A stretch of DNA of 64,000 nucleotides from Eledone cirrhosa (Eukaryota). This document shows, one piece after another, positions 1 through 10,113 of the stretch. Below the pieces are notes generated by a model. It made no database searches. It saw only the letters and a list, made by a program, of their open reading frames with translations, and was not told the origin of the DNA. A program made the translations under genes and the position numbers. Location: the NCBI GenBank assembly GCA_964016885.1, contig OZ024744.1, forward strand, positions 117,490,001-117,554,000, read 5' to 3'. Each line of letters starts with the position of its first letter. The stretch's first letter is position 1.

Positions 1-260
1 CCCCCTCTTCAACGGCCGTACTCTGGACCCTATCGTGTGCTTGCTCGCACAGACAAACATTTCACACTGGACATTCGGGGTTCCAGGGAAACGGTTTCCA
101 TTGATCGTCTCAAACGAGCAAACCTGGACAATGACACTTGAAACTCAAATGCCCCCCTCTTTTTCTTTGCCACACAGGCCTATTCCCCCCCCCCCCATTA
201 ACACACAGAACTACGACCTGTTCTGGGCGAACGGTGCATTGGCCCCGTAAGCTATGCAGT
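1..260 (+). mobile_element. 3' end of Ty3/Gypsy LTR-retrotransposon pol (integrase C-terminal GPY/F region), degraded
   Basis: Frame 1 from base 1 reads PPLQRPYSGPYRVLARTDKHFTLDIRGSRETVSIDRLKRA (stop at 139-141). A later frame gives RTTTCSGRTVHWPRKL, typical of Gypsy pol ends. Confidence 0.8.
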
Positions 261-723
261 AATATAAACTGAATTATTATTTTTTTTTTTTGTTTTGTTT
301 TTTTCCTTCCAATTGTTTTTGTTGTACATTGCATTTTGTTACTTTTGGATTCTTGACTGCCTACGGCAGTGTCAATATATTGTATTTTGCGTAACATTAC
401 GACTGTTGTCAATTCTGACACAGACCTTTTTTTTTAGTGCATTTTTATAACTATGCTACATATGGCATTTTCATTGCCTAGCAAAACATTTTTTTTCTTG
501 TTTATCGCATCTGGGGCCCCTTTATTGCGAAGAGTGTTATCTTTTCATGCATTTTGCATCTTTTACTGTACGTTTTTTTTTTTTTTTTTTCTGTGTTAAT
601 GCTTGCAGACATGAACCTATTTATTATTTCTTTTTAATTTGTTGATACATTCTTCTACATTTTGTAAACTACCTTCGCTTCATTGTTAACGATTTTTCGA
701 CAAAAAATCTGCTCCGAGGTGAA

Positions 724-987
724 TGTAGTGGCTGAGATGGTCGCTTGGCAACTAGCAGTTGCCTCCCCTTAACAACCCTTCAGGGAGCGGAGGCAAAAAT
801 ACACCCGGACACAGCCACAGGTTCACTCACTCTTTTTGGACCACGGACATGAACAGACGTGGAAAGATCCGCTCCTCAAAATATTGACGTTGTAGGAAAT
901 TTACTAAATTATTGCATTAAATAAAATGATTGTTAGACTTGATTGTGCATTTATTTATTCGACAAAGAGAAACATCCCTTTTCTTTA
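724..987 (+). mobile_element. possible 3' LTR of the Gypsy element
   Basis: Starts TGTAGT after a T-rich 3' UTR and contains AATAAA near 920. There is no partner LTR in the window and no clean CA end. Confidence 0.25.
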
Positions 988-1354
988 GAGGTATGTGGTG
1001 GCCTAGTGGTAACGATGTTAGACTGGGTTGTGTGTTGTGTTCTTGAACAAGACACTTCATTTCACATTACTACAGTATACTACTGTAGAGGTATATTGTG
1101 GCCTAGTGGTAAGGGTGTTAGACTGGGTTGTGTGTTGTGTTCTTGAACAAAACACTTCATTTCACATTACTACAGTATACTACATGGAGGTATGTGGGAC
1201 CTAATGGTAAGGGTGTTAGACTGGGTTGTGTGTTGTGTTCTTGAACTAAACACCTCATTTCACATTACTCCAGTATACTACAGTGGAGGTATGTGGTGGC
1301 CTAGTGGTAAGGGTGTTAGACTGAGTTGTGTGTTGTGTTCTTGAACAAAACACT
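988..1354 (+). repeat. tandem array (~3.7 x 99-100 bp) of an internally deleted tRNA-derived SINE
   Basis: Units start at 988, 1088, 1187 and 1286, each with a box A-like TGGCCTAGTGG and GTTCTTGAACAARACACTT. They match the more complete SINE at 46135-46281 (minus strand) but lack its anticodon/box B segment. Confidence 0.75.
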
Positions 1355-3420
1355 AGAGAGGGTGGTTAAGGAACCTGGCAAGGATGGGGCCATGATCAAC
1401 TTGGATCAATCCAAAGCATTCGATAGGGTCGACCATCGGTACCTGGCGGCGGTCCTCGGGGCAGCCGGTTTCGAGCCCGTTTTCAGGGGTTGGCTCGCAG
1501 CAATGTACAGCGACATCTGCTCAGTTGTGTGGGTGAACGGTCACCTGTCGCAGCCGTTCAGCATCATGCGCTCAGTCCGCCAGGGTTGTCCCCTCTCGTC
1601 CCTCTTGTACGTATTGGCTCTCGAGCCGTTACTGCACAAACTGGGGGCGATGAGGGGCGTCCCACGCGAACTAGGATGCGGGAAATCCGAGTCGGCTTAC
1701 GCCGACGACGTCACCGTAGTGGTGTCGAGCACCAGGCACGTCCAGATGCTCGGCACCGCTCTCAAGGAATACGAAGCGGTGACAGGAGCAAAGATAAACC
1801 AGGAAAAGTCGGTGGGCTTGCAGCTCGGCACCTGGAGAGGCAAGTCCATGCCGTCCGACAGCGTCGTGGGGTGTTGGACGGACGGACCGGTTAAATTGCT
1901 TGGGGTCTGGTTCGGAGAAAAACTGGAACGAGGTGACGAGCAGGGTGGCCTCCCTCACCCAGAAATGGGCTGAGAGGAAGCTGTCCCTGAAAGGCCGGAC
2001 GGAGGTGGCGAATGCGTACATCGCATCCATCATCTGCTACCGCCTCACCGTCGTCCCTTGCTCCGGCCCAACTCTCACCAAAATGGAGCGCCTCTTCTTC
2101 CGCTTTTTGTGGAAGGGACGCACTCCCATGGTCAGACGATCCATCTGCTGTCAACACCCGTTGCGTGGAGGACTGGACATGCCATGGCTGATGATGTGCA
2201 AACATGCGCTGAGGCTGCGACATCTCTAGTGCTTCCTTGATGGTGAACAAGTGTGGTCGCCGTTCGCCAGGCACGTTTTCCCACAGCTCGTCTCCTTGAC
2301 GGAGCTGCAGTCCTGGGTCAGAAAAAGACCGGGGGATAGCGCTTGGAAACTGGAATGTCTCCAGGCGCTCACTGCCCTCTCCCAGTTGGGCACCAGTATC
2401 GGTGGAACATCCACCTCGGCGTTCTATAGAGGACTAGTGGAGGGGAAGAGCGACGACATTCTCGGAGAGATCCTGGGCGTCAAAGAAGATCAACTACTTG
2501 CTCTCTTCCGGAGAACTTTCAGCCCGGGGCCTATGGATAACTTCCAAAAATCCTTGGCCTGGCAGTGCTACCGGGGAGCGCTGCCGGTTCGAGATAAGCT
2601 CTACTGGCACGGAAGTGCCGTCAACCGAGCCTGTCCGAGATGTGCGCAGAGCGACGAAACCGTCGTGCACGCACTCGTTCAGTGCCCGAGCATTGCTGAC
2701 TTGTGGAGCTATGTCGAACAGTTGCTGTCGCGTGTGGGACTGATCCGGTTATCGACTGAGTCCATTGTGCAGATGGTCTCGCCGTCTTCCTTCGAGGAAG
2801 AAGGGCAGGTTGTTTTCATCTGCCTGGTGGCCATGGCGAAAGAGATTGTGTGGTGGACAAGGTTGAAAGACAGACACTTTCCTCTTTGGCGAATCCCTAA
2901 TTAAATTTTTCAAGTTTCACTTGTAGACGAAAATCAGGGTGGAGAGGCAAGTGCTGCTTTCTAGCAAGTTTGTTGAAAGGTGGGTGAATGTAGCGAGAAT
3001 GGTCCGAGTGAACGGGACCACTCTGAATATACGTCTGTAGTTTGAGAGATGGAAAAATTGAGAGAGGGCGCTTGCCCTGGTGGTCAGGGTGGTCGTGGTC
3101 TTTTGTGTGGTTTTCGCTACGAATAACCCTATGAGGTTTCCCCCCTATTGGGGAATTTTTCATTGATTCAATTTTCATTTTATATTGTTTATATATATAT
3201 ATGTTTCTATGTCCTTTTTTTCTTCTTTTCTTATATAAATAATAATGCATGTAAATACTTTAAATACAAATATAAATTTGTGCATGTAAATACTTTTCTT
3301 ATATAAATAATAAAAATATTTACATGCACAAAACCCACATCGTACCGTCCTGTACCATCCTGTGCCGTCTGTAATGTTTTTCTTGATGTCAGCCCTTGTG
3401 GCCAATAAAGAAATCATTAT
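1355..3420 (+). mobile_element. Tx1/L1-clade LINE, subfamily B, 5'-truncated inside RT, frameshifted
   Basis: LDQSKAFDRV, RQGCPLS, AYADD and CPRC..H...C motifs. Near-identical to 13215-15252. The 3' UTR ends AATAAAGAAATC-ATTAT. Confidence 0.93.
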
Positions 3421-3911
3421 GTCTGGTGGCCATGGCGAAAGAGATAGTATGGTGGACACGTTTGAAAGGGCTGAAGACGAGCACTTACCTCTTCGGTGAT
3501 ACCCTGATTAACTTTTTCAAATTTCATCTGAAAAGGAGAATCAGGGTAGAGAGGGAAGTGCTCTCTTCCCAGCATTTTGTTGAAAGATGGGTGAGAGAAG
3601 CAAGTATGGCCCGAATGAATGGGCCTTCTCTGAGTATGTGTCTGTAAATTAAAGGTGGAAAACTGGGAGAGGGCGCTTGCCCTGGTGGTCAGGGCCACTG
3701 TGGTCTTTTAATGGGCTTTCTCCACAAATGTCCCTCGGAAGTCTCCCCCCTTTTGGGGAATTTTTCTGTGTTATTTTATTTCATCCTCTGTTTTTTTACA
3801 CGCAGAAATGCCCATTTGTACCGTCCTGTATTGTCCTGTACTGTCCTTAATGTCTACTTTATGTAAACCCTTGTGGTTAATAAAGAAAACATTATTATTA
3901 TTATTATTATT
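3421..3911 (+). mobile_element. Tx1 LINE subfamily A, short 5'-truncated copy
   Basis: Near-identical to 9443-9967 (ORF2 C-terminus plus 3' UTR) and ends in (ATT)7. Confidence 0.92.
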
Positions 3912-4231
3912 GAATGCCATGGTTGACGGAGGCTCGGCTCTGTAAGGTATAGTAATTTTTAACCGTTAAAACAATTGTAAATTGTTTAAAACTTGAACCA
4001 AATTGTTGATAAAGACACCCTCCTCCTCGTGAGAGGGGTCTTTCTGTCCGTTATTTGGCCCTTCGGGGTTAAATAACCAGTTATTGGGGTTTTGTACCCA
4101 AAATTTCATTTTAAACAAAAAAACATGGCTACGAAAAAGAAATTTCATACGTCACTCCCACTCATTCCGTCTTCTTCTTCCTCAATCATCACTACAGCAG
4201 AGAGAAGATTGTCTCTCTCCCTTCTTTAAAT

Positions 4232-6214
4232 GTGTCTCTCTCCCTCCCTTCTCTTTCGCAAGTGACGAAAGAAAAGAAAAGTCTCGTGCAAAGCGTGCAA
4301 GGTTTCTCCACGACGACGACAGCGACGAAACAGGTGTGCGGGAAATACGAAAACCCAGTTCATTCGTCTGACGTCAGGAATAATAGCAGTAGCAGCCGTA
4401 ATAACAACAGCAACAGTGACAATGAAAACAACAGTAGCAGCCGCAACAGCATCACCAGCAGCATAAACAACAACAGCATTAGCAGCAGCAACACCAACAA
4501 CAACCACAGCAACAGCGGCGGAGGCAGTAGTCGTAGTACCTGCAGCAACAACAAAAGTACCAGCAGCTCTGACGACAACAACAACAGCAGAGAAAAACCA
4601 ATCTCATTTGCAGGTATTGCGAAAAACCTGGAAACAATCCTCATAACAAATGAGGAATTAGAGGAAGCGAAGAAGATGGTGACAAAGAACGGACACCGAG
4701 CAATCTGCAAGGCAGCGGAAAAATTTTTCGAAACCCAAGAGCACTGTACGGTCACGTACCGTACAGTAAGTACAAAATCCCGTAGGGTGGAAAGAGCCAC
4801 AGAGGCCCAAATACAAAAAGCCTTGGGGTCTGTGTGGCAGCGGAAAACGCACATCACCCGAGGCAAAAAATATGCCACCGTAGACGTACTTTTTGCCACA
4901 CCCCAGGAGGCAAAGGCCCAATCAGTAGTGACCCTAAGGAGCGAGGAAATGGTGTTGGTGCCCTCCTACTGCGGGCAAAAAATTGTGAGGGTCAAACTGA
5001 CACACGTCCCCCCCGGAATGACCCCTTCTTGGCTGGCCGCGTCTGTCCTCGTCGGAATCGAGGACAAAACAACTGTACTGCAAGTACAGAAAAAAGTAAG
5101 AGAAGATTGGGTCGGCTCCTCCATTGAGATGCTAATCCAAACCAACCAGGAGTGCATCGAAGCTATCCCGGATGTGATAGACTTCGATAACGGCACTCAA
5201 CTGCCCATAAGTGTTGAGGGCAAACGCCCGAAATGCTTTCGCTGTGGATCGAAGACTCACCTCAGGGCCTTCTGCAACGAGAAGACCCTGAGAAAGGAGA
5301 AAACCCCCCTCCTTCCGAATCCGGCTCCACGGCTACCAGCAACAGGACAAGCGGCAACCAGGAACGATAGGTCCGTGGCACCCATACCCACTCCACGGAA
5401 ATCAAAAACAGCAGCAGCAGTGGAAATATTAACAACAACAACAGCAATACCAAATGCAGCTGCAACAGAGACTCCAGTGCAAACATCACCAACAACAACA
5501 AGTGAAAGAGTGGAGCTGGTACCCCTCCCCGACCTCACAGAATCAGACATGGAGTGTGAGGTGGGAGAGGGATGGCAAAAGGTCGCAAGAAGGCACAAAC
5601 GCAGAAGCAGCGCATCGTCGCCTTTGAAAAGGGAGGAAAGAAATGAGAAAAGGGTAAAGTCTACTGCAAAGAGACCCACAGCAGCAACACCACCAACACC
5701 ATCACCACCCACACCAGCACCACCATCAGCACCGGCGACAACCCCACCGCCAACAACACCTTCAACACCACCACCACAAGCACCAACATCGCAAACACAA
5801 CAACAAAACACACACACCCAGCAACAACGACAAGAAAATAGTAGAACCACACCCCACCCCCAGAAAAACAAATGCACGGCAATAAATACACACAACAAGA
5901 AACTAATGACTTACATAATTGAACACACAGACATTTCACAACAGGACTACATAATACCAGCACCAATCAAAACGCCAACTAACATAAGACTGCTAAAAAT
6001 AGCACAGAAACAATACACAAATATTAAAACGAAATTCCCCAACGCAGTTGGTGATTTCAGGGACCTAGGAGGAACCATCAATCGAAGAGTATACTCAGAC
6101 ATTCTCTTAGAAGAGCCGACGACCAGCCGAAGGGACGATTCAACGGTCCCTTCACCAGACGATCAAGTGAAAAGGGATGTAAAAACCATCCCTCCTCTAC
6201 CAAAAGTACGGTAA
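4232..6214 (+). CDS. Tx1 ORF1p (gag-like nucleic-acid-binding protein, CCHC zinc knuckle)
   Basis: CFRCGSKTHLRAFC = CX2CX4HX4C. Asn/Ser-rich N-terminus and Pro/Thr-rich C-terminus. The frame is open from 4115, but the likely start ATG (4125) is in another frame, so the start is uncertain or frameshifted. Confidence 0.85.
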   Translation: MSLSLPSLSQVTKEKKSLVQSVQGFSTTTTATKQVCGKYENPVHSSDVRNNSSSSRNNNSNSDNENNSSSRNSITSSINNNSISSSNTNNNHSNSGGGSSRSTCSNNKSTSSSDDNNNSREKPISFAGIAKNLETILITNEELEEAKKMVTKNGHRAICKAAEKFFETQEHCTVTYRTVSTKSRRVERATEAQIQKALGSVWQRKTHITRGKKYATVDVLFATPQEAKAQSVVTLRSEEMVLVPSYCGQKIVRVKLTHVPPGMTPSWLAASVLVGIEDKTTVLQVQKKVREDWVGSSIEMLIQTNQECIEAIPDVIDFDNGTQLPISVEGKRPKCFRCGSKTHLRAFCNEKTLRKEKTPLLPNPAPRLPATGQAATRNDRSVAPIPTPRKSKTAAAVEILTTTTAIPNAAATETPVQTSPTTTSERVELVPLPDLTESDMECEVGEGWQKVARRHKRRSSASSPLKREERNEKRVKSTAKRPTAATPPTPSPPTPAPPSAPATTPPPTTPSTPPPQAPTSQTQQQNTHTQQQRQENSRTTPHPQKNKCTAINTHNKKLMTYIIEHTDISQQDYIIPAPIKTPTNIRLLKIAQKQYTNIKTKFPNAVGDFRDLGGTINRRVYSDILLEEPTTSRRDDSTVPSPDDQVKRDVKTIPPLPKVR

Positions 6215-6249
6215 GTGGTCTTTCCCATCTTTTCCACTCTATTTTAAAT

Positions 6250-9200
6250 ATGACCTCACTCAGAATAGGCAGCATAAATGCGCGTGGCTTGGGGTCGTCA
6301 TGGAAGCAGGGTCACCTGCTCAACGACCTCAGGTCACTAAACATAGATGTAGTGGCCATCAGCGAGACCAGAATCTCCGAAGCACGGGCCTTCGCACCGA
6401 TCTTCGGCGGCTACGATGTGTACGCATCTCCCAGCCGTCCTGGATCCGGTGGAGGAGTTGCTGTACTTTTTCGGAGAGGTTTGGATCTCGCCATACGGGC
6501 CATCTTCCTGGACCCAGAGGGTAAGCTGGTGGTGCTGGACGTGACCAGCGGAGACGGGCAAGCTTTCAGGCTAGTGGCCGTCTATGCCCCGACAGGAGCA
6601 GGGCGGCCTGATTTCTTCCGGCGTCTGGAGACCTTTCTTGGAACGTCGCGCTCTTTAGTGTTAGTGGGCGACTGGAACGGGATCTTAGATGCACGCTGGG
6701 ACTGTGTGGGATTAGCGGATAGGGGTGGAGGGTGCAAGAGCCTCACCAACCTGCTCAGGCGTTTTGAACTGTCTGACAGGTACCGATTGGATTTCCCGAA
6801 TGTGCCAATGTGGACTTGGACAAACCGCATAGGGTCATCCAGATCATATCTAGATAGAGTATTTTGTAGGGAAATAGATAGGTCTAGCATAGGCTGTCCA
6901 CAATTCAAGATAGTCAGCTACACGGACCACAAATTCGTGATCTGTGTGCTTGACTTAGATAGGCTTCATAGACGAGGACCCGGCTACTGGAAGCTAAACG
7001 CGTCCTTACCAGCGCGCAAGGCCTACAGAGACCGGATTAGCGAACTAGTTAAGCGGGCGTTGACGGGGGCCATCGTCAACAACAAGTGGTGGTTTGCTCT
7101 GAAAAGAGCGATTAGAATAGAATCGATTAGATTTAGTAAGGCTTTAGCAATAGAGAAAAATAGAGCAGAGGGAGAACTAGTTAGAAAATTAGACGAGGCG
7201 CTTAGCAAAGGCATTGCGACCGACGTGCTTGCGGCGAAATTGGCCCTTGACCAATTCTTCAATGCAAAGCACGAAGGCTGCGTTGTCAGAGCAAGGGTGC
7301 GTGCTCTCAGACACGAGGGGACGAAAGCCGTTCAATGGGCCCGAGTGGCGGAGGCGCGTCGTGGCAACAAAGCCACGATCCGGTCTTTGGTGGACCACGA
7401 CGGGCGCATGCTACTCGATCCCGGGCAAATGTGTGAAGCTTTTCAGCGACACTTCGCTCAGCTGTTCGGGGGCAGCGGCGGGCCGGGTAGAGGGATGGAC
7501 TTTAGTGTCTACCTCGATGGACTGCCGCGGCTCTCGGCCACTGAGGCGAAGTGTTGCGAAAAGCCGATAACAGCCGCTGAAGTAAGGGAGGCAATGACTG
7601 GCTGCACAAGGGGTAAATCGCCTGGTTTGGATGGTCTGCCCTATGAACTTTACGTACAGATGCCAGACTTGTTCGGAGGCCTCTTGGCGGACGTCTACTG
7701 CAACTGGCAACAGAACGGGAGAATTCCCAGTTCTGTGAGCCGAGGAGCGGTGGCACTGCTGAGAAAGGATCCGAACAAGGGGGATAACATAGAAAATTTC
7801 CGGCCCATAACTCTGCTAAACACAGAGTTTAAGATTTTGGCCAAGGTGCTAGCAAAGAGGCTGGCGCTTGTCGTTGGTGGTCTGGTGGGAGAGGCGCAGA
7901 CATGCGCCATTCCCGACAGATCCATCCACGACAACCTCCACCTCATGCGATACATCGTAGAGAGGGTAGCTAGGGAACCTGGCACGGGTGGGTCCTTGAT
8001 CAATTTAGATCAGTCGAAAGCTTTCGATAGGGTCGACCATCGTTACCTAGCGGCAGTCCTGAGGGCGGCTGGCTTTGGGCCCGTCTTCAGAGGCTGGATC
8101 GCTGCCATGCACAGCGACATCTGCTCTGTGGTGAGAGTGAACGGTCACCTGTCGGAACCGTTCAACATCATGCGCTCGGTCCGCCAAGGATGTCCCCTCT
8201 CGTCCCTCTTGTACGTATTGACTCTCGAGCCATTACTGCACAAACTGGAGACGTTGAGGGGGGTCCCGCGCGAACTAGGATGCGGAAGATCCGTATCAGC
8301 ATATGCGGACGATGTCACCGTAGTGGTGTCGAACGCCAAACACATCGAGGCGATCGGCACTACACTAAGAGAATACGAAGCGGTGACAGGAGCAATGATC
8401 AACCAGGAAAAGTCAGTGGGCCTGCAGCTCGGCACATGGAGAGGCAGGTCCATGCCGTCCAACAGCGTCGTCGGACGCTGGACGGACGGACCGGTTAAAT
8501 TGCTAGGGGTCTGGTTCGGTCCGGACCTCCAGACGGACAAAAACTGGGACGAGGTGACGAGCAGGGTGGCTTCTCTCACCCAGAAATGGGCCGAGAGGAA
8601 GCTATCCCTGAAAGGTCGAGCGGAGGTGGCTAACGCGTACATCGCGTCCGTCATCTGCTACCGCCTGACCGTCGTACCTTGTCCTAAGCCTCGCCTGACT
8701 GTGCTGGAGCGTTTGCTCTTTCGCTTTTTGTGGAAGGGACGCGCTCCGATGGTCAGGCGGTCCATCTGTTGTCAACACCCGCTACGTGGAGGGCTGGGCA
8801 TGCCGTGGCTGATGATGCGCAGGCACGCGCTCAGGCTACGACATCTCCACCTCTTCCTCGACGGTGATCAGGTGTGGTCGCCGTTTGCTAGACGCGTGTT
8901 TCCCCAGCTCGTTTCCTTGACGGAGCTGCAGTCCTGGGTCAAGCGAAGACCGAGAGGGAGCGCCTGGAGACTGGAATGTCTTCAGGCGCTCACAGCCCTC
9001 GACCAATCGGGCAATGTGATCGGTGGAAACTCCACCTCGGCGTTCTATAGAGGATTAGTGGAGGGGAAGAGCGACGACGTACTTGGGGAAACTCTAGGCG
9101 TCGACGAAAATCAACTAGCCAATCTCTTCGGAAGAACTTTCGGGCCAGGGCCTATGGACAACTTCCAGAAATCTCTGGCCTGGCAGTGCTACCGAGGAGC

Positions 9201-9669
9201 CTTGCCAGTTCGGGATAAACTCTACAGGCATGGAGGTGCCGTCAGCCGGGCATGTCCGAGATGCGCGCAGGGCGACGAAACCGTCCTGCACGCACTCGTC
9301 CAGTGTCCGAAAATTGCTGACTTGTGGGTTTATGTCGAACACCTGCTGTCGCGTTTAGGACGGATCCGGCTATCATCTGAGTCCATCGTGATGATTACCC
9401 CGCCCTCCTCCTTTAGCCGGGAAGGGCAGGCAGTTTTTATCTGCCTGGTGGCCATGGCGAAAGAGATAGTATGGTGGACACGTTTGAAAGGGCTGAAGAC
9501 GAGCACTTACCTCTTCGGTGATGCTCTGATTGACTTTTTCAAATTTCATTTGAAAAGGAAAATCAGAGTAGAGAGGGAAGTGCTCTCTTCCCAGCATTTT
9601 GTTGAAAGATGGGTGAGAGAAGCAAGAATGGCCCGAGTGAATGGGCCTACTCTGAGCATATATCTGTAA
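6250..9669 (+). CDS. Tx1 ORF2p: APE endonuclease + reverse transcriptase + C-terminal CCHC zinc finger
   Basis: 1139 aa without interruption. APE motifs SINARGL, ISET, VYAP, GDWN, YLDR, TDH. RT motifs KSPGLDG, FRPITLL, KAFDRV, RQGCPLS, YADD. C-terminal CPRC...H...C. Confidence 0.97.
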   Translation: MTSLRIGSINARGLGSSWKQGHLLNDLRSLNIDVVAISETRISEARAFAPIFGGYDVYASPSRPGSGGGVAVLFRRGLDLAIRAIFLDPEGKLVVLDVTSGDGQAFRLVAVYAPTGAGRPDFFRRLETFLGTSRSLVLVGDWNGILDARWDCVGLADRGGGCKSLTNLLRRFELSDRYRLDFPNVPMWTWTNRIGSSRSYLDRVFCREIDRSSIGCPQFKIVSYTDHKFVICVLDLDRLHRRGPGYWKLNASLPARKAYRDRISELVKRALTGAIVNNKWWFALKRAIRIESIRFSKALAIEKNRAEGELVRKLDEALSKGIATDVLAAKLALDQFFNAKHEGCVVRARVRALRHEGTKAVQWARVAEARRGNKATIRSLVDHDGRMLLDPGQMCEAFQRHFAQLFGGSGGPGRGMDFSVYLDGLPRLSATEAKCCEKPITAAEVREAMTGCTRGKSPGLDGLPYELYVQMPDLFGGLLADVYCNWQQNGRIPSSVSRGAVALLRKDPNKGDNIENFRPITLLNTEFKILAKVLAKRLALVVGGLVGEAQTCAIPDRSIHDNLHLMRYIVERVAREPGTGGSLINLDQSKAFDRVDHRYLAAVLRAAGFGPVFRGWIAAMHSDICSVVRVNGHLSEPFNIMRSVRQGCPLSSLLYVLTLEPLLHKLETLRGVPRELGCGRSVSAYADDVTVVVSNAKHIEAIGTTLREYEAVTGAMINQEKSVGLQLGTWRGRSMPSNSVVGRWTDGPVKLLGVWFGPDLQTDKNWDEVTSRVASLTQKWAERKLSLKGRAEVANAYIASVICYRLTVVPCPKPRLTVLERLLFRFLWKGRAPMVRRSICCQHPLRGGLGMPWLMMRRHALRLRHLHLFLDGDQVWSPFARRVFPQLVSLTELQSWVKRRPRGSAWRLECLQALTALDQSGNVIGGNSTSAFYRGLVEGKSDDVLGETLGVDENQLANLFGRTFGPGPMDNFQKSLAWQCYRGALPVRDKLYRHGGAVSRACPRCAQGDETVLHALVQCPKIADLWVYVEHLLSRLGRIRLSSESIVMITPPSSFSREGQAVFICLVAMAKEIVWWTRLKGLKTSTYLFGDALIDFFKFHLKRKIRVEREVLSSQHFVERWVREARMARVNGPTLSIYL

Positions 9670-9917
9670 ATTAAAGGTGGAAAACTGGGAGAGGGCACTT
9701 GCCTTGGTGGTCAGGGTCATTGTGGCTTTTTACTGGGCTTTCTCCACAAATGTCCCTCCGAAGTCTCCCCCCTATTGGGGAATTTTTCATTGTTATTTTT
9801 TGTTACATCCTCTGTTTTTGTTTTTTACACGCAGAAATGCCCATTTGTACCGTCCTGCATTGTCCTGCACTGTCCTTAATGTCTACTTTATGTAAACCCT
9901 TGTGGTTAATAAAGAAA

Positions 9918-9968
<51 letters not shown>

Positions 9969-10113
9969 TTTGCGTCTCAGTCATTGATGTTATTTAACTG
10001 GAAAGTTTGTTGAAATGAATATCAAGCCGCTACCTGCAGCCTCAGATATTCAGGACGTATCGGATGGTTCTTGCTGACTAATTTTCTTTAATCATCCTTG
10101 GAAACTCTCACAT

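Larger units (their letters stand above)
3912..9967 (+). mobile_element. full-length Tx1/L1-clade non-LTR retrotransposon, subfamily A
   Basis: 5' UTR, ORF1 with CCHC knuckle, 35-nt spacer, intact ORF2, 3' UTR, AATAAA and (ATT)16 tail. (ATT)n lies on both sides. Confidence 0.96.

Noticed and set aside
4360-9720. Antisense and alternative-frame ORFs overlapping Tx1 ORF1/ORF2
   Set aside because: They are shadow ORFs of GC-rich or low-complexity coding sequence. They recur only because the copies are homologous, and they have no recognisable domains.
9968-10113. C/D-box snoRNA on the minus strand (ATGATT...CTGA)
   Set aside because: Box C is imperfect, and no terminal stem or recognisable guide sequence was found. 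Kept only as an orphan segment.
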